Assembly (NCBI GenBank): GCA_030264375.1
Contig: JASCQW010000099.1
Location: 65,360,087 to 65,424,086, forward strand
Reading direction: 5' to 3'
DNA from: Carcharhinus longimanus
Lineage: Eukaryota
Length of the DNA stretch: 64,000 bases
Below the pieces are notes generated by a model, which worked only from the letters and a program-made list of their open reading frames with translations, was not told where the DNA came from and searched no databases. A program made the position numbers and the translations under genes. This document shows, piece by piece, positions 12,996-24,660 of the stretch. Every line of letters begins with the position of its first letter. The stretch's first letter is position 1.

Positions 12996-14091
12996 CGGTC
13001 ATCTGGCTAATTGGGTGTAATTTTGTTCATCACCCTCTTTAGCAGGTGGGTGTGGGGCAGGGATGTGTGTAAAGTTGGGTGCCATGGCAGGAGCCGTGTT
13101 AACTACCTGCCACTGCCTGGAGGCACAATGGTCCAATTGAGGGCAATTAATTGCTATGTCAGAGCCTCCAAGCAGAAAACAATGTTGACAGACCTGTAAT
13201 GATAATTTCAGATGCTTTTTCTACATAATCTCAAAACCTTTGATGAATGGAAATTGTATACTTTGTGGACATGTGTTATTAGCACTAGGTCACCAAATAT
13301 TTAAGGAGGTCACCTTGTGATAGAAGAGGATAGAAGAAGATACTCTCAGGATATTACTTAGATCAATCAATAGATCTTCAACTTTATTATTTGGTTTGGT
13401 AAAGAGGATTCCAAGAGGATTTCAATTTGATTGCTTGAAAATAAAGAACTATGCATTACTGTATATTTGTATAGATCAATCAAAATATGACAGAGGGAGT
13501 CTGGATAAACCAGCATTGCCATGTGGCAAAGATTGTAATGTGACCATTGGTGCCACAAGTGTAAAGTGCTCTGCATAATTATTTTCAATAGAATTTTTCT
13601 GAACATTCTAGCCTTTGGCTAAAAATAGTGCATCCTATACGTATACCTGATATGTTACACAGTAAACATTCCAGGATCAACATTTCATGTGTAATAATGA
13701 GTCAAGAGCACTGCAAGTTAACTACCATGAAAAATATTAACTCGGGCTTCTAATAGTTGGGTTACTTATTTTACCAATCACCTTTTAAAACTATCATAAA
13801 TGACTGAGGAGAATAAATATAACAGGTATTAACTCCATGATAAATTTAACTCTAAAATGATTCTATGTAATATATTTGATAGTCACATGAGTTCTTACTT
13901 TGTATCCTTGACAGTATATGCAAAAATCCTTAAAGTGCATATGTGCACATACTCAAATGAATAAGATACATATCTTTGTGCAGCTATAAGATAACACCAA
14001 AGTGCCATAAAGGACCAAAGCCTTTGCCTTCAAAAACTTCACCAAAGTGGCAAGTTATGTTTTAAACGTATCAGAGGAATTTTCCAGCTCC

Positions 14092-14215
14092 TCCCACTGG
14101 TGGGATTTTCCAGTCCCTCTCACCAGCATCATTTTCCAGCCTCTCCCACTGGCGACATTTTCCAGTGCAACTAGACTCAACGGACTTTTGAGGCTTGCAG
14201 AATTTTCTGGCCCTG
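14092..14215. mobile_element. Short Harbinger-type MITE (family also at ~1345, ~12770, ~19968)
   Basis: GGTGGGATTTTCC ... GAATTTTCTGGCCC terminal motifs typical of the repeated short elements in this window. Confidence 0.45.
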
Positions 14216-14849
14216 GCCCCTCCATAATGGGACCATAATATTCCACCCAATGAGAGCGAACTAAAGCTGTGCAGACTGTGCATTTTACATCCATGTCTTT
14301 ATCTTTTCCACCTCTGCATTTTGCTCTGACATTTTTTTCAAGTATTTCACAACCCAGAACGTAGACAAGGTATTAAAATGAATTACATGTTAACTAGAGG
14401 TGCCAAATCTGCTACTCTTAATGAAGTGCTGGCAATTTTCCACATTTTTCTTGTTTCTTACACCTTTTCTCTGATGAACTTACTGACTCATGTTGAAGAA
14501 ATAGTCACATGCTTATCAGCAATCATCTGGGAGGGAAACTTTCAATGAGTTATCATTGTGCATGGGAGTACTCAAAATGATGTTTGAGAAGAGAACTTTA
14601 GATCAGAGCTCCGAATTTACAGAAAGGCATGGTGCTGGTAATTAATTTACTAATTAAGCATGCATTATGCTCAGGAATGTAAAATTATCCCTTAACTTAT
14701 GATTATCATTAATGGTACATATGCTTAATAGAACAAGTTTTCACGAAATGGGATGTAGTGGAAAGGGAAAACCCATTCAATAAGTGAAATACCTATTTAC
14801 ATTATGGTGTGGGGTTGGGGGGGGGGGTGGTGGTGGGGGAGCTGTGTAA

Positions 14850-15052
14850 GCCATTGACCAGAAATTGAACTAGAATAGCCATATACATGTAGCTGCAAAA
14901 GCTGGTCAGAGGCTGGAATTCTGTGGTGAGAAACTCAGCTCCTGACTCCTCAAAGCTCATCCACCTATTTACAAGGCACAGCAGGAGTATAACACGGAAC
15001 TCCCCACTTGCATAGTGAATGCAGTTTCAACAGCACTCAAGAAGCTCAATAC
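14850..15052 (+). mobile_element. CR1-group LINE RT C-terminal fragment
   Basis: IYKAQQ...SPLA.V.AVSTALKKL matches the - strand copy near 60000-60150 (IYKVLVKSGSQYAPFAWMSAAPTTLKKL). Confidence 0.65.
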
Positions 15053-16200
15053 TGTAGTATAAGGGTGTTTGGAGTAGTATGGATTAATATGGGACTGGGG
15101 AAAAAGACTGTAGTGATTCATACGATAGTAGTCTGTGTGTAGAAGAGAGCCTGAGAGATGTTGGCATGAAGGTAGCACGTAGACAGGGCTGTAACTTGGA
15201 GATATGTAAATAGTTGTTTGTTAACAATAACCAGTTTAAGTTCAGACCCACAAGTTTCCAAACTGCTTAGAGAGACACCAAGCAACCTTGCAACTTGGTG
15301 GCATCAGGGAAGGACACTGAAAGCCCAAGGCAGCAAGTGAAGGACTCCAAAATCCAAAGACACGAATAAAAAAAGAAACTACAGTCTGACCCGAGTGAAG
15401 CATGCTAAAATTGAAGACACAATTGAAGAATGCCAAAAAAAGCTCCATTGCAGGAATGGAGATGGAGAGCAGATGAAAATGTACTGTGCAGCTGAAAAGG
15501 ACTCCATCAGAGTACATGAAAGTCCATTGCCAAATATGATTGGAGGACCTAGTCAGATCACAAAAAAGGTGAGCAAAAGCCAAACCTGATCAAATGCAGG
15601 GTGTGGGAACACAGGACCTAGCCAGATCACAAAAAAGGTGAGCAATAATTGAGAAATAGCCTGAACTAACCTTTTAAAATTAACCAGGACACTAATCAGG
15701 CAGAGCAAACCAAGTGTTCAAGCATCACAGCCAGTCCAACATTGGCACCTTGCCACGTGGTGCTGAATTTGAATTAATGGGAAAAAAATTAAATAGAAAT
15801 TAGAGCAAACAAACTCACCTTCAAACCATTTTCCCAAGTTCAGAGGAACAAATTACAGGCCAAAATGGTTAGTTTTAAAGGATTGCAAAGTTAAAATTAA
15901 TGTTAAAATTAGGAGAAAGACAAAGTTTTAAAAATGGCTCTGATTTCACAACGGGAGACTGCCAAAACCTGACAAACATGGGAAGAAGAGAAAAAATGTT
16001 TTCAGAGGTGCAATCATGAAAAAAACTCAAAGCTGTGTTCCCCTGTTATGCAAAACAGCCATTGATACTGAGTTCAAGCTATCAGACCATAGTTCATGCA
16101 AGGGCTATGAGTTTCATGGAGAAGAAACTGAAAATGGTGTTCCAACATCGATTGTAACACCATTTATGATAAAAATAAATGTATAAGTGAACTACATTAT
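15053..16200 (+). mobile_element. Putative LTR (TGTAGT..., ~15053-15295), PBS-like TGGTGGCA and decayed internal sequence
   Basis: TG start, U5-like end followed by TGGTGGCATCAGG; internal ~30-bp direct repeat GGACCTAG(T/C)CAGATCACAAAAAAGGTGAGCAA at ~15545 and ~15614. Confidence 0.4.
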
Positions 16201-16614
16201 TTGTGAGTGAAAGAGTTAACAATCACCCAAGTTTAAATATCACATAAGCTGCTATGAAAGCTAGTGGCATTTGCTGCCAAATAAGCCTATTGGACTTTAA
16301 CCTAGACCTTAAGACTACTTAATGAGAAAAAAAAAGAGGTCTTTATAAAAGCCTCTACAGCTAGGGCAACGATAATTTGCAAACTATAACCCAACAGCAT
16401 TTAGGTGGGATTATGTTAAAAGTTTAACAAAATACACCTGTTCTGTCTGAAATAGCCAGTGCATTTAACACACTTTAACTGGTGATGTTCATAGTATTGG
16501 TTTGCACTATTTGCCTGATTTAAACAATTTATACCTGGGCATTTTTAAGTGGTGGGATTATAGATTTAAATATATTTCCCTTTTATGACCATTATCCAGA
16601 CAAAATTACCACTT

Positions 16615-16910
16615 AAGTTTAATTTTATTTATTAGTGTCACAAGTAGGCTTACATTAATACTGCATTCAAGTTATTGTGAAAATCCCCAAGTCGCCACAC
16701 TCCAACGCCTGTTCGGAGAGTATACTGAGGGAGAATTTAGCATGGCCAATGGACCCAGCCAGCACGTCTTATGGACTACGGGAAGAAACAAGAACACCCA
16801 GAGGAAACCCACTCAGACACAGGAAGAACATACAAGCTCCACACAGACAGTGACCCAAGCCAGGAATTGAACCCAGGTCCCTGGCTGTGAGGCAGCAGTG
16901 CTATCCACTG
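16615..16910 (-). mobile_element. HE1-related SINE with alternative tail (GGCGACTTGGGGATTTTCACA...AATAAATAAA)
   Basis: Reverse complement carries the SINE head and core; tail shared with 22395-22595 and 36989-37238. Confidence 0.85.
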
Positions 16911-17491
16911 AAAGCTTAAGCATATATTAGCTTGAGCATATACATCTCAACTAGTATTTGCAGGTAATTTGTTAAAGGAACTCTTGTTTTCTGATTTTAC
17001 TGAGGTTAAAAATGGTAAAAAAAATTTTTTTTCAATGATAGTTTTAGCAGAATGTTAGCAAAAATGAGGGCAAAATTTATTGAGAAACATCAAGTGGTTC
17101 ATCTCCAGTTTACATGGTTGCTTAATTCCATTATTTACAATCTGTGGTAAATTATCTTGCATGATTACTGAAAATAGTATATTTACTTTTCTCTAGTAGC
17201 TATTTATTGCTTATACCAAATTAATTTCCATTTTATGATAACATTGTTTGATATTGTATGACATTGTTTGATATATTTTTGTTCAGAATTTATTACACTT
17301 CTGAGAGTTAAGTGCTGTTATAGTACCTCAGAACCACACACATTGCACAAAGCACTTGAAAGGCAAAACTTTGCAAAAAATAATTCTCTTTGTAGCAAAT
17401 TCCTAATTTCATTTCTGCCATTGCAGGTAAGCAGATACTTTTCCATTGAAACAGAGGGAAGGTGACAGGCTGTTCATCCCAGATGGTTCTT

Positions 17492-17509
17492 ATGCACCCC
17501 CTAGTGGTC
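17492..17509 (-). promoter_or_regulatory. Candidate CTCF-binding site
   Basis: - strand GACCACTAGGGGGTGCAT closely matches the CTCF core CCACYAGRKGGCRC, in non-repeat sequence. Confidence 0.5.
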
Positions 17510-17849
17510 GATTATAAAGTAGCACTAATGGAAGCGCAAAAGCAGGGTTGCCTGTCCATCCTTTTAGTTGAAGGTGAAAAATGCGAGTTAACAAGAGAAA
17601 ATATTTTATTTTAAATGGAACGGGTTGTTGTCAATATTACAAAAATATTCAAATTTTCATCAATTTTATCTCACACCCTTCTCTCTTCAAGGCATTGTTT
17701 CCTTGTTGGAATATAGTTTCATGGTAGCTGGCATGTTTTCATGTTTTCTCGACTGGGAGATCACTTTCAGACATTGAGCCAGCTGTTTGATGATATAAGC
17801 TAGAAAATCTTTGAGGAACTAATAGACGAGAGTGAGTTATCATCAACTT

Positions 17850-19890
17850 CCAATAGCCAATCTTCATGAGCCTTGTCAAGAACACAACCCGGAGAATGCC
17901 ATCCTCCTCAAACAGCCACAGCGACCTGACTCAAATGCCAAAAGTGTGGGCCACCAGAAGTATCCAATGCAGCTACAAAAATAATGTGTGCTGAGCTGAT
18001 ACCAGGAAAGCCGGAGATTGCTGACAAGAGTTTAATGTCACTCAAGATCCGAATACAGCAACAGCTTTAATGGATTCCGTAGATCAGCACAATGAGAGAG
18101 AAAATCTGGATTTTCACATTCCAGCTTCGCTGGCTTTCCATCTCCTGACCTACTCCAAGAGGTACCAATACTCAGGGCAAATGCTACTGCAGCCTGACCA
18201 ACTTGATGATAACAACATCACCAAAACAAGAGTGAAAAATCTGCTAAAGCTATTTCTGTAAAATCTGTGCACTAACACTTTGGTGGTCTTCACCACTGAA
18301 AGAGATGGACAGATCACTGACAACAACCAAGTCTAGGAAGGCTACCAGAATCAATGTATTTTATCCAGAATTCTTTAAGAACTAGGGCCAAATAGATGGA
18401 TGTTGTTTGGAAATCTTACCTCCTACCGTAAAGGCATTGCCATCTTAAAGCCAGGAAACTAGGCATTGATCTTAAAACCTCCCTTCTGTCTACAAGGTGG
18501 TCAATGACCTTATCCAGATAAAACCCATCCAGAAGTCAGCCTCACAAATGAGCATGCAGGCTTCAGAAAAGGAAGAAGCTGCGTTGACCAGGTCCTTGCA
18601 CTCACTATCAATGTTCAAGCAGCATTCCAGAACAATTGAAGACTGGAACTGCTGCCACTGACTTGTCATCAGCAAAAGCACTCATTCAAAGCTCTGCTCC
18701 TGAAGTTTTCAACAATCAACCAATGCAGCAAAACTCTTAGACTTAACAACCAGCGACTGTCAATACAATGTCTATCTTGGTGACAAGATCAGCCAAACAT
18801 GGACACTCAAGAATGGATACTATAGGAGTTGCTACTTGCACCAGCCTTTATCAACATGTAAAAGGCAAACATGCCATGGAACAAGTCCCAGAAATTCACC
18901 TATATCAATTTTATATAGCACTGCTGATGTAAGCAACAACTTTGAGAGAGAGAGAGAGAGCAAACAAATAGAACACTCAAATGTGGCCAGCACCTAGTGG
19001 AATGCTATTTCCGTACCTGACACCCCTGCCCCAATCTTGAGAAGATGGTTGTATTGACATTCCGTTTGAAGAAAAACAGTGTCAGGAAGGAACTCAATGT
19101 TTCATTCTGCAGAAATTTCCCATTACTTCCCTTCAAAACACCTCAGCATCACACTGAATAGGATTTTCACCATTTAGCCTTATCACAATAACACTGGATA
19201 GCAAGCGAAAACCAGTGTGAACTTGATCTGGAAACTCACTGGAGTATCATGGGGGAGCACACCAGGATAATTTACACCTGAACAGTGTCCTTTGTTTGTT
19301 TTGTTGGAAAATGGTGTTCACCAAATCCAAAGATTATGACAATGCAGCTAAACATGGCCATGAGGATGGTGTCAGAGATGCTTCTATCCATTCCAGTTGG
19401 CCCCAGTCCTGTCTCACATTTCCCTGCTTGTTATCTACTGAAGTGCCATCAAGCTTCAAAAGATGGAAGAGAAGTCATGAACTAAAAACAAACCCTCTCA
19501 TTTGTGAAGACTTGAAAAATCCATCATGAAAGTGCTTAAAATTGTGTCAGCCATTTTGGGAAATGATACTGATATTCATGAGCCGGTATCAACCCACGTT
19601 CAGATGGACAGATGAATCGTGATGAATCATGGGACCTATGAAGCACAAAAATGTGACCCTTCATCGCTTACCCAATGGCAGAGTCCCTGGCACCAGCTTT
19701 GGAGATATTGGGCAACGCTGAATCAAATCTGCACCAGGCATGGACCCGTTCCAAGGGATGACTCAAAGTGAGGACCAGAACATGAAAATATTGCATCAAC
19801 CTGCCAGCTAAGAACTATTGTGGCAGGCACCTAATTTCTCCACACCATATTTCAGGAGGACATCATGTGGATAGCCAGACTAAATAGTCC
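17850..19890 (+). mobile_element. Vingi/Ingi-like (I-group) non-LTR retrotransposon, decayed RT and C-terminus
   Basis: IAILKPGN, HAGFRKGRSCVDQVLALT, TLKNG, HLSITLNRIF, IWKLTGVSWGST, WATLNQICTRHG motifs with many frameshifts. Confidence 0.6.
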
Positions 19891-19897
19891 ATTATAA

Positions 19898-20235
19898 TAA
19901 ATACAAAAATGTTGGAAATACTCAGTCAGACTAGCAGCATTTGTGGAGAGAGAAACAGTGTTAACTTGGGTGGGATTTTATGGCCTCGTTTGTCCCAAAA
20001 CCCTAAAATCCTGCTCAAGATCAACAGACCTTCCTATGATCTGCCCCTTGCCTGCTCCGATTCCCATGGTGGATGGGACAGCAATATTCCAGTCATCATT
20101 TCAAGTTGATAATCTTGCATCAACTTTAAACATTAACCTTGTTTTTCACTCTATGGAAGTTGCCAGTTCAGTTTAGTATTTCCAGGATTTTCTATTTTTA
20201 TTTCTGATATCCAGTATCTACACCATTTTGTTCTA
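19898..20235. mobile_element. Penelope-like terminal fragments in inverted orientation around a MITE
   Basis: AAATGTTGGAAATACTCAG...GTGGAGAGAGAAACAGTGTTAAC and its reverse complement at ~20130-20230. Confidence 0.55.
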
Positions 20236-21525
20236 GACATCCAGTTTTAAGCTTCTCCCCTCATATGAAAGTAGTTATAGTTACTGGGAGCCCTCTGGCA
20301 CTTCATCCAAGTGACTGTTTCTCACCAATAAGTCTAGACAGCTATTCAGTCTTGTAATTTGGAAGGACTGATATCTGAACTAAACTTAACTATGTTTCCA
20401 CTTGGCAGCCTGACAAGTATTTGATCAACATTGCTGTTGGACAATAACTTTTTGCAAGAATAAGGACCATTTTCCTCCTCTCTAACTATGAGCTGAATAC
20501 AATCAATGCACCTCTAACACTTCCCCAGCTGTGATCAGCTAACTCACCACAGCTAGATATCCTTCCTGATTTATATGGTTCACTGGCCAGTACATAGGTG
20601 TGTTTGCTTTCATTTCTCGCTCAGGACGTAAAAGAAATCTGACCAATGCAAAACTGGAGTACAGCAGAACATCAGTTTCAGGAACCGGAAAATGCCATTA
20701 TACATGACAAACTTGTCATTTTTGATTGATTAACACTTTAAGCATGCCAGACATATAGTTACATAATCAAAAATATAATGCAACTTTAAATAGCAGTTTA
20801 TTGGATATAAAACAAATAACAAAACCTTTGTTCACTTATTAAATAATCTTCAATCATAAAACATAAAATTAAAAATGACACTTTCAAATAAAAATAACAT
20901 TATCTGTTTAAAAGAAAGAACAAAAAGAACTGGTAAATAAAACTTCAACTCACCTTTAAAACAGCTGCGCAGATCGTCCTGATGGACTTCTGAGGTTGCT
21001 GATAGAAGCAGAAAGTTCATTGAATTTTTGAACACTGATAAGTGGACATTTTTTCCAATCAGTATCAGTGGGCCATACATGGAAGTTATGGCCCTAACTC
21101 TTTTACTGATTTACATTCATTTGCCCTCTTTTATTTAAGTGATCTTCATTCTAAACATAGATCTATTGGTGAAGAAGTTTATCATACTCATCAATTTACT
21201 AATAGTTTAATATTGAACTTCTACTTATAGCTTTGGAGAACACCTGCTCCTCTCAGCTCCATCTGAATTTAAAAAAAAACTTTCAGAGAAAGCTGTACCT
21301 CTGTCAGCAAACCTGGTACTTTTTATACTCACAGCACCCCAGTTTCTCAGTTGGAACCTGAGGCAGGCATTAGGCTCCTCATTAGGATGTACAAGAGGCT
21401 AACTTCCTGGTTCGCATGGCTTCCTAAAATGCCTGAAGATTGCATTGACCCCATATTTCTATCTTGCAAAATGGGACAATAACCAATATATGCCCTTATA
21501 CATTTCTGGATAAAGATGAAAGCCA

Positions 21526-21761
21526 TGATGTGGAGATGCTGGTGTTGGACTGGGGTAAACACAGTAAGAAGTCTGACAACACCAGGTTTAAGTCCANNNN
21601 NNNNNNNNNNNNNNNNNNNNNNNNNNNNNNNNNNNNNNNNNNNNNNNNNNNNNNNNNNNNNNNNNNNNNNNNNNNNNNNNNNNNNNNNNNNNNNNNAGAG
21701 GCAAACCTCGAAAGCTTGTGAGTTGGACTTAAACCTGGTGTTGTCAGACTTTTTACTGTGT
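21526..21761. mobile_element. Penelope-like element collapsed into a gap, with inverted termini and 15-bp target-site duplication
   Basis: ACACAGTAAGAAGTCTGACAACACCAGGTTTAAGTCCA before the gap and its reverse complement after; TAAAGATGAAAGCCA at 21511-21525 and 21762-21776. Confidence 0.75.
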
Positions 21762-22061
21762 TAAAGATGAAAGCCACATTATATATAACCTGATCAAGAC
21801 CATAAGTCAAAACTGACATTTGAATTCAAGTCCCCTCTGAAAGTCGGTATTGTTGTGCAACTGATCAGCTTTTAAAATAATCAAATTCACCTGTAATATC
21901 TTCTCAATTAATCTAAAATCACACAACAAATTATTGCTAGCAATATTCTTACAACAATAATATTTTCATAATGAAAAATATAAAAGTTATTTAATATATA
22001 TTTGTGATCTAAAAATCAAAGCTTTTACTAATCTAAGTAAAGATTCCCATCTCTGCCCGCT

Positions 22062-22367
22062 TGTATGACTTTAAGGTCCAGGCCAGAAGCTCCAAGGTGT
22101 TTTATAATGATAGCTAGCCCCTAGGTTTTTACATTTGAATTTGGCACGGTGAGTATAAGGTATTTCAACCCACATAAGATTCAAGTGACCCACTAGGAAG
22201 CTTTTATCAAACAAAGTTTATTTAAGAACACAGTTATACTGCCTCAGTAACAATACCAGACATCAGTTACAGACAAAACAGTGCCAATAAATTGCTAGGA
22301 CTGGCTTGAAAAACCGGCAAAGAAACACAATTAAAAATACATTTCTTAAAGGCACAGTATTGTCACA
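22062..22367 (-). mobile_element. Internally deleted solo LTR (same family as 56584-57534)
   Basis: Shared blocks GACCCACT(A/G)GG.AG.TTT.ATCAAA...TTTATTTAAGAA and terminal TTCTTAAAG...TCACA. Confidence 0.6.
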
Positions 22368-22394
22368 ATGGGCCTATATAAAAGTTAAGCTTTA

Positions 22395-22595
22395 AAGTTT
22401 TATTTATTAGTCACAACTAAAGCTTACATTAACACTGCAATGAAGTTACTTTGAAATTCCCCTAGTCGCCACACTCTGGTGCGTGTTTGGGTCAGTGCAC
22501 CTAATCAGCACATCTTTCAGACTTTGGGAGGAAACCAGAGCACCCAGAGGAAACCCATACAGACACAAGGAGAACATGCAAACTCTGCACAGACA
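22395..22595 (-). mobile_element. HE1-related SINE, 5'-truncated
   Basis: Reverse complement core (GTTTGCATGTTCTCC...GGTGCTCTGGTTTCCTCCC) and GGCGACTAGGGGAATTTC tail. Confidence 0.8.
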
Positions 22596-24439
22596 GAGAA
22601 CAGAGTCTCCTATTAGGCATAAGCTCTCAGAAAAATATTGTACCAGAACGTTGGACCTGAATGATATCTTAAACATTCTACTATTCAGGGGAAAAATTAA
22701 AATGATAAACATTAATATTATTCGAGAAACTTGAAAAGTGTTACATGGGCCATGAGGTCTTAGCTGAATCATTAACCTGCCTTTCCACTTTACAGATTTT
22801 GACTCACCTGCTGTGTATTTCCAGCATTTACTAATCTATTTTGAATTTCCAGCATTTGCAGTTTTTGAGAAAACTATTGATAAAATATTAACTATTTATA
22901 CAGATTGCGTTATTTAAAGTAATCCGAATAATACAAGTAATCATTATACATAACTGATCTATCTCATTTGATTTCACTGACATATTCAGTCCTCAATAAC
23001 ATAATGGCCTCCCTAGTCACAAAATGTACTTCTCTAGAGTTATGATCAATATATTTAATGTCATAAAGATCAGCATTTTCGATTTCTGTGGAATAAACAA
23101 TCTATCTGGTAAACTGATGGGATGAATACATTTATTTCATTTCACATTAGATTTATTAATCCCCAAGATCATTCATACTTCATGAATTACTCAAGGTACA
23201 TAAGAATAAAATTCAAAGCAATCTGGGGGTATTAGTGCACTCAACAGCAGAGTAATTAACAAAGAAAATAAAATACTGTATGATATAAAGAGATAGAGAC
23301 AATTAAATAGATGAAGTGGCTGTGGATGAGAATAATAAGAATGCAGTTTTGATGGACAATGTCAGTTTCACACTGGTATGAAATGACAGTGGAATCTTCT
23401 ACTACACCCCCTCCCAGTGGTGGATCACAATTCCTGCCAGAGGTTGTCTTGAAAATGATATACATCCCACCAGCCTGCTGACCAATTGGCCTTGTCATCT
23501 CTGGATGTCCTGGAGAGCTCCAGCTTTGTTTAGCTATGTTGCTGTGGACCAGCTGCTGCCTCTGTAGAGACAGAGAATGAGGCAGAAGGGGTCACACACA
23601 ATGGAGATTCGGAAGGGCTGGAGAATCTCTGAACTCCTTGGGAGGAAAGGGTACCTGGAAGAAGGTTGAGGTGCCCCATCTCACTCTCTTGCAGCCGCTG
23701 CAGAAGCTCATTCATGGCTACTGCGGTTAACTACAGATCTGTGCACATCTCCCAAAAAAATCTGTTGGCCTAGGTTCTCCATGAAGTCTGCCGTTTTCCT
23801 CATGGAGCCCTTGATGCGTGCACATATGAGCACCACTTCAACAGCCAGGAGATGGAAGCCTCCTCTGCAACCATGCCATCCCGTTTAGGGCCTCCGACTC
23901 CTCTGCCTCTCCATCTTTAGCTGACTCTGTACCACTGGTTGGACAGCTGATTCCAGAGGGCCTTGGAGCTCACAAATGCTTGTTCTCCAGCATTCCTTCA
24001 AGTGTCAGTGAGCTCATCTAACTCTACCTCCTCTTACAGTGGACATGTGTCTGTCCGGTGACCACCAGAATCGAGTCTCCCTGCCTGTGAGACAGAAGCT
24101 CTGGGTTCAAGACCCCCATCAGGACTTGATGGCTATGCAAGTTGCATTCATAATGTGACCATGATTATCAATCTGTAAATCCTTTCAATACACTTATGGC
24201 AGGGGCAAAGAGCAGGAGAATCTCCCGGTCAGCCATGCTTGGTGTGGAGTGGTAGCCTTTAGGCTATAGCCTCTGGTGACAAGCTACTGATGCATTTCAG
24301 GAAAAATCTAGTTATTGAGCTATAAGGACATGTTTCATCTTCCTCATGCATCACCGAATAAAAGAAAACCTCTAGGCCTGAGTAAGTATTATTATCTGGA
24401 TTAAAATCAGTGTGAGCATATTTAGGAGAGCTTTATTTT

Positions 24440-24660
24440 TAGCTGGTACATAACAAACCCAACAAGGGAAAGGGCATTTCTGGACTTAGTTTTGGGGGAT
24501 GACCCTGGGCAGATGGAAAGCTTTTCAGAATATTTTGATAGTTGTGACCATAGTTCAATCAGATTTAGCGTAGTTGTAGAAAAGGAAAAAGATAGGCCAA
24601 GAGTAAAAGTTTTCAACTGGGTAAAAGCCAAATCAATAAACTGAGATTTGATTAAACGTG
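24440..24660 (+). mobile_element. CR1 LINE endonuclease C-terminal fragment
   Basis: NPTRERAFLDLVLG...SCDHSSIRFS...KVFNWVKAK (PTR..A.LDL / SDH motifs). Confidence 0.75.

Noticed and set aside
14806-14840. G-rich run with G-quadruplex potential
   Set aside because: Low-complexity tract at a LINE boundary with no supporting context.
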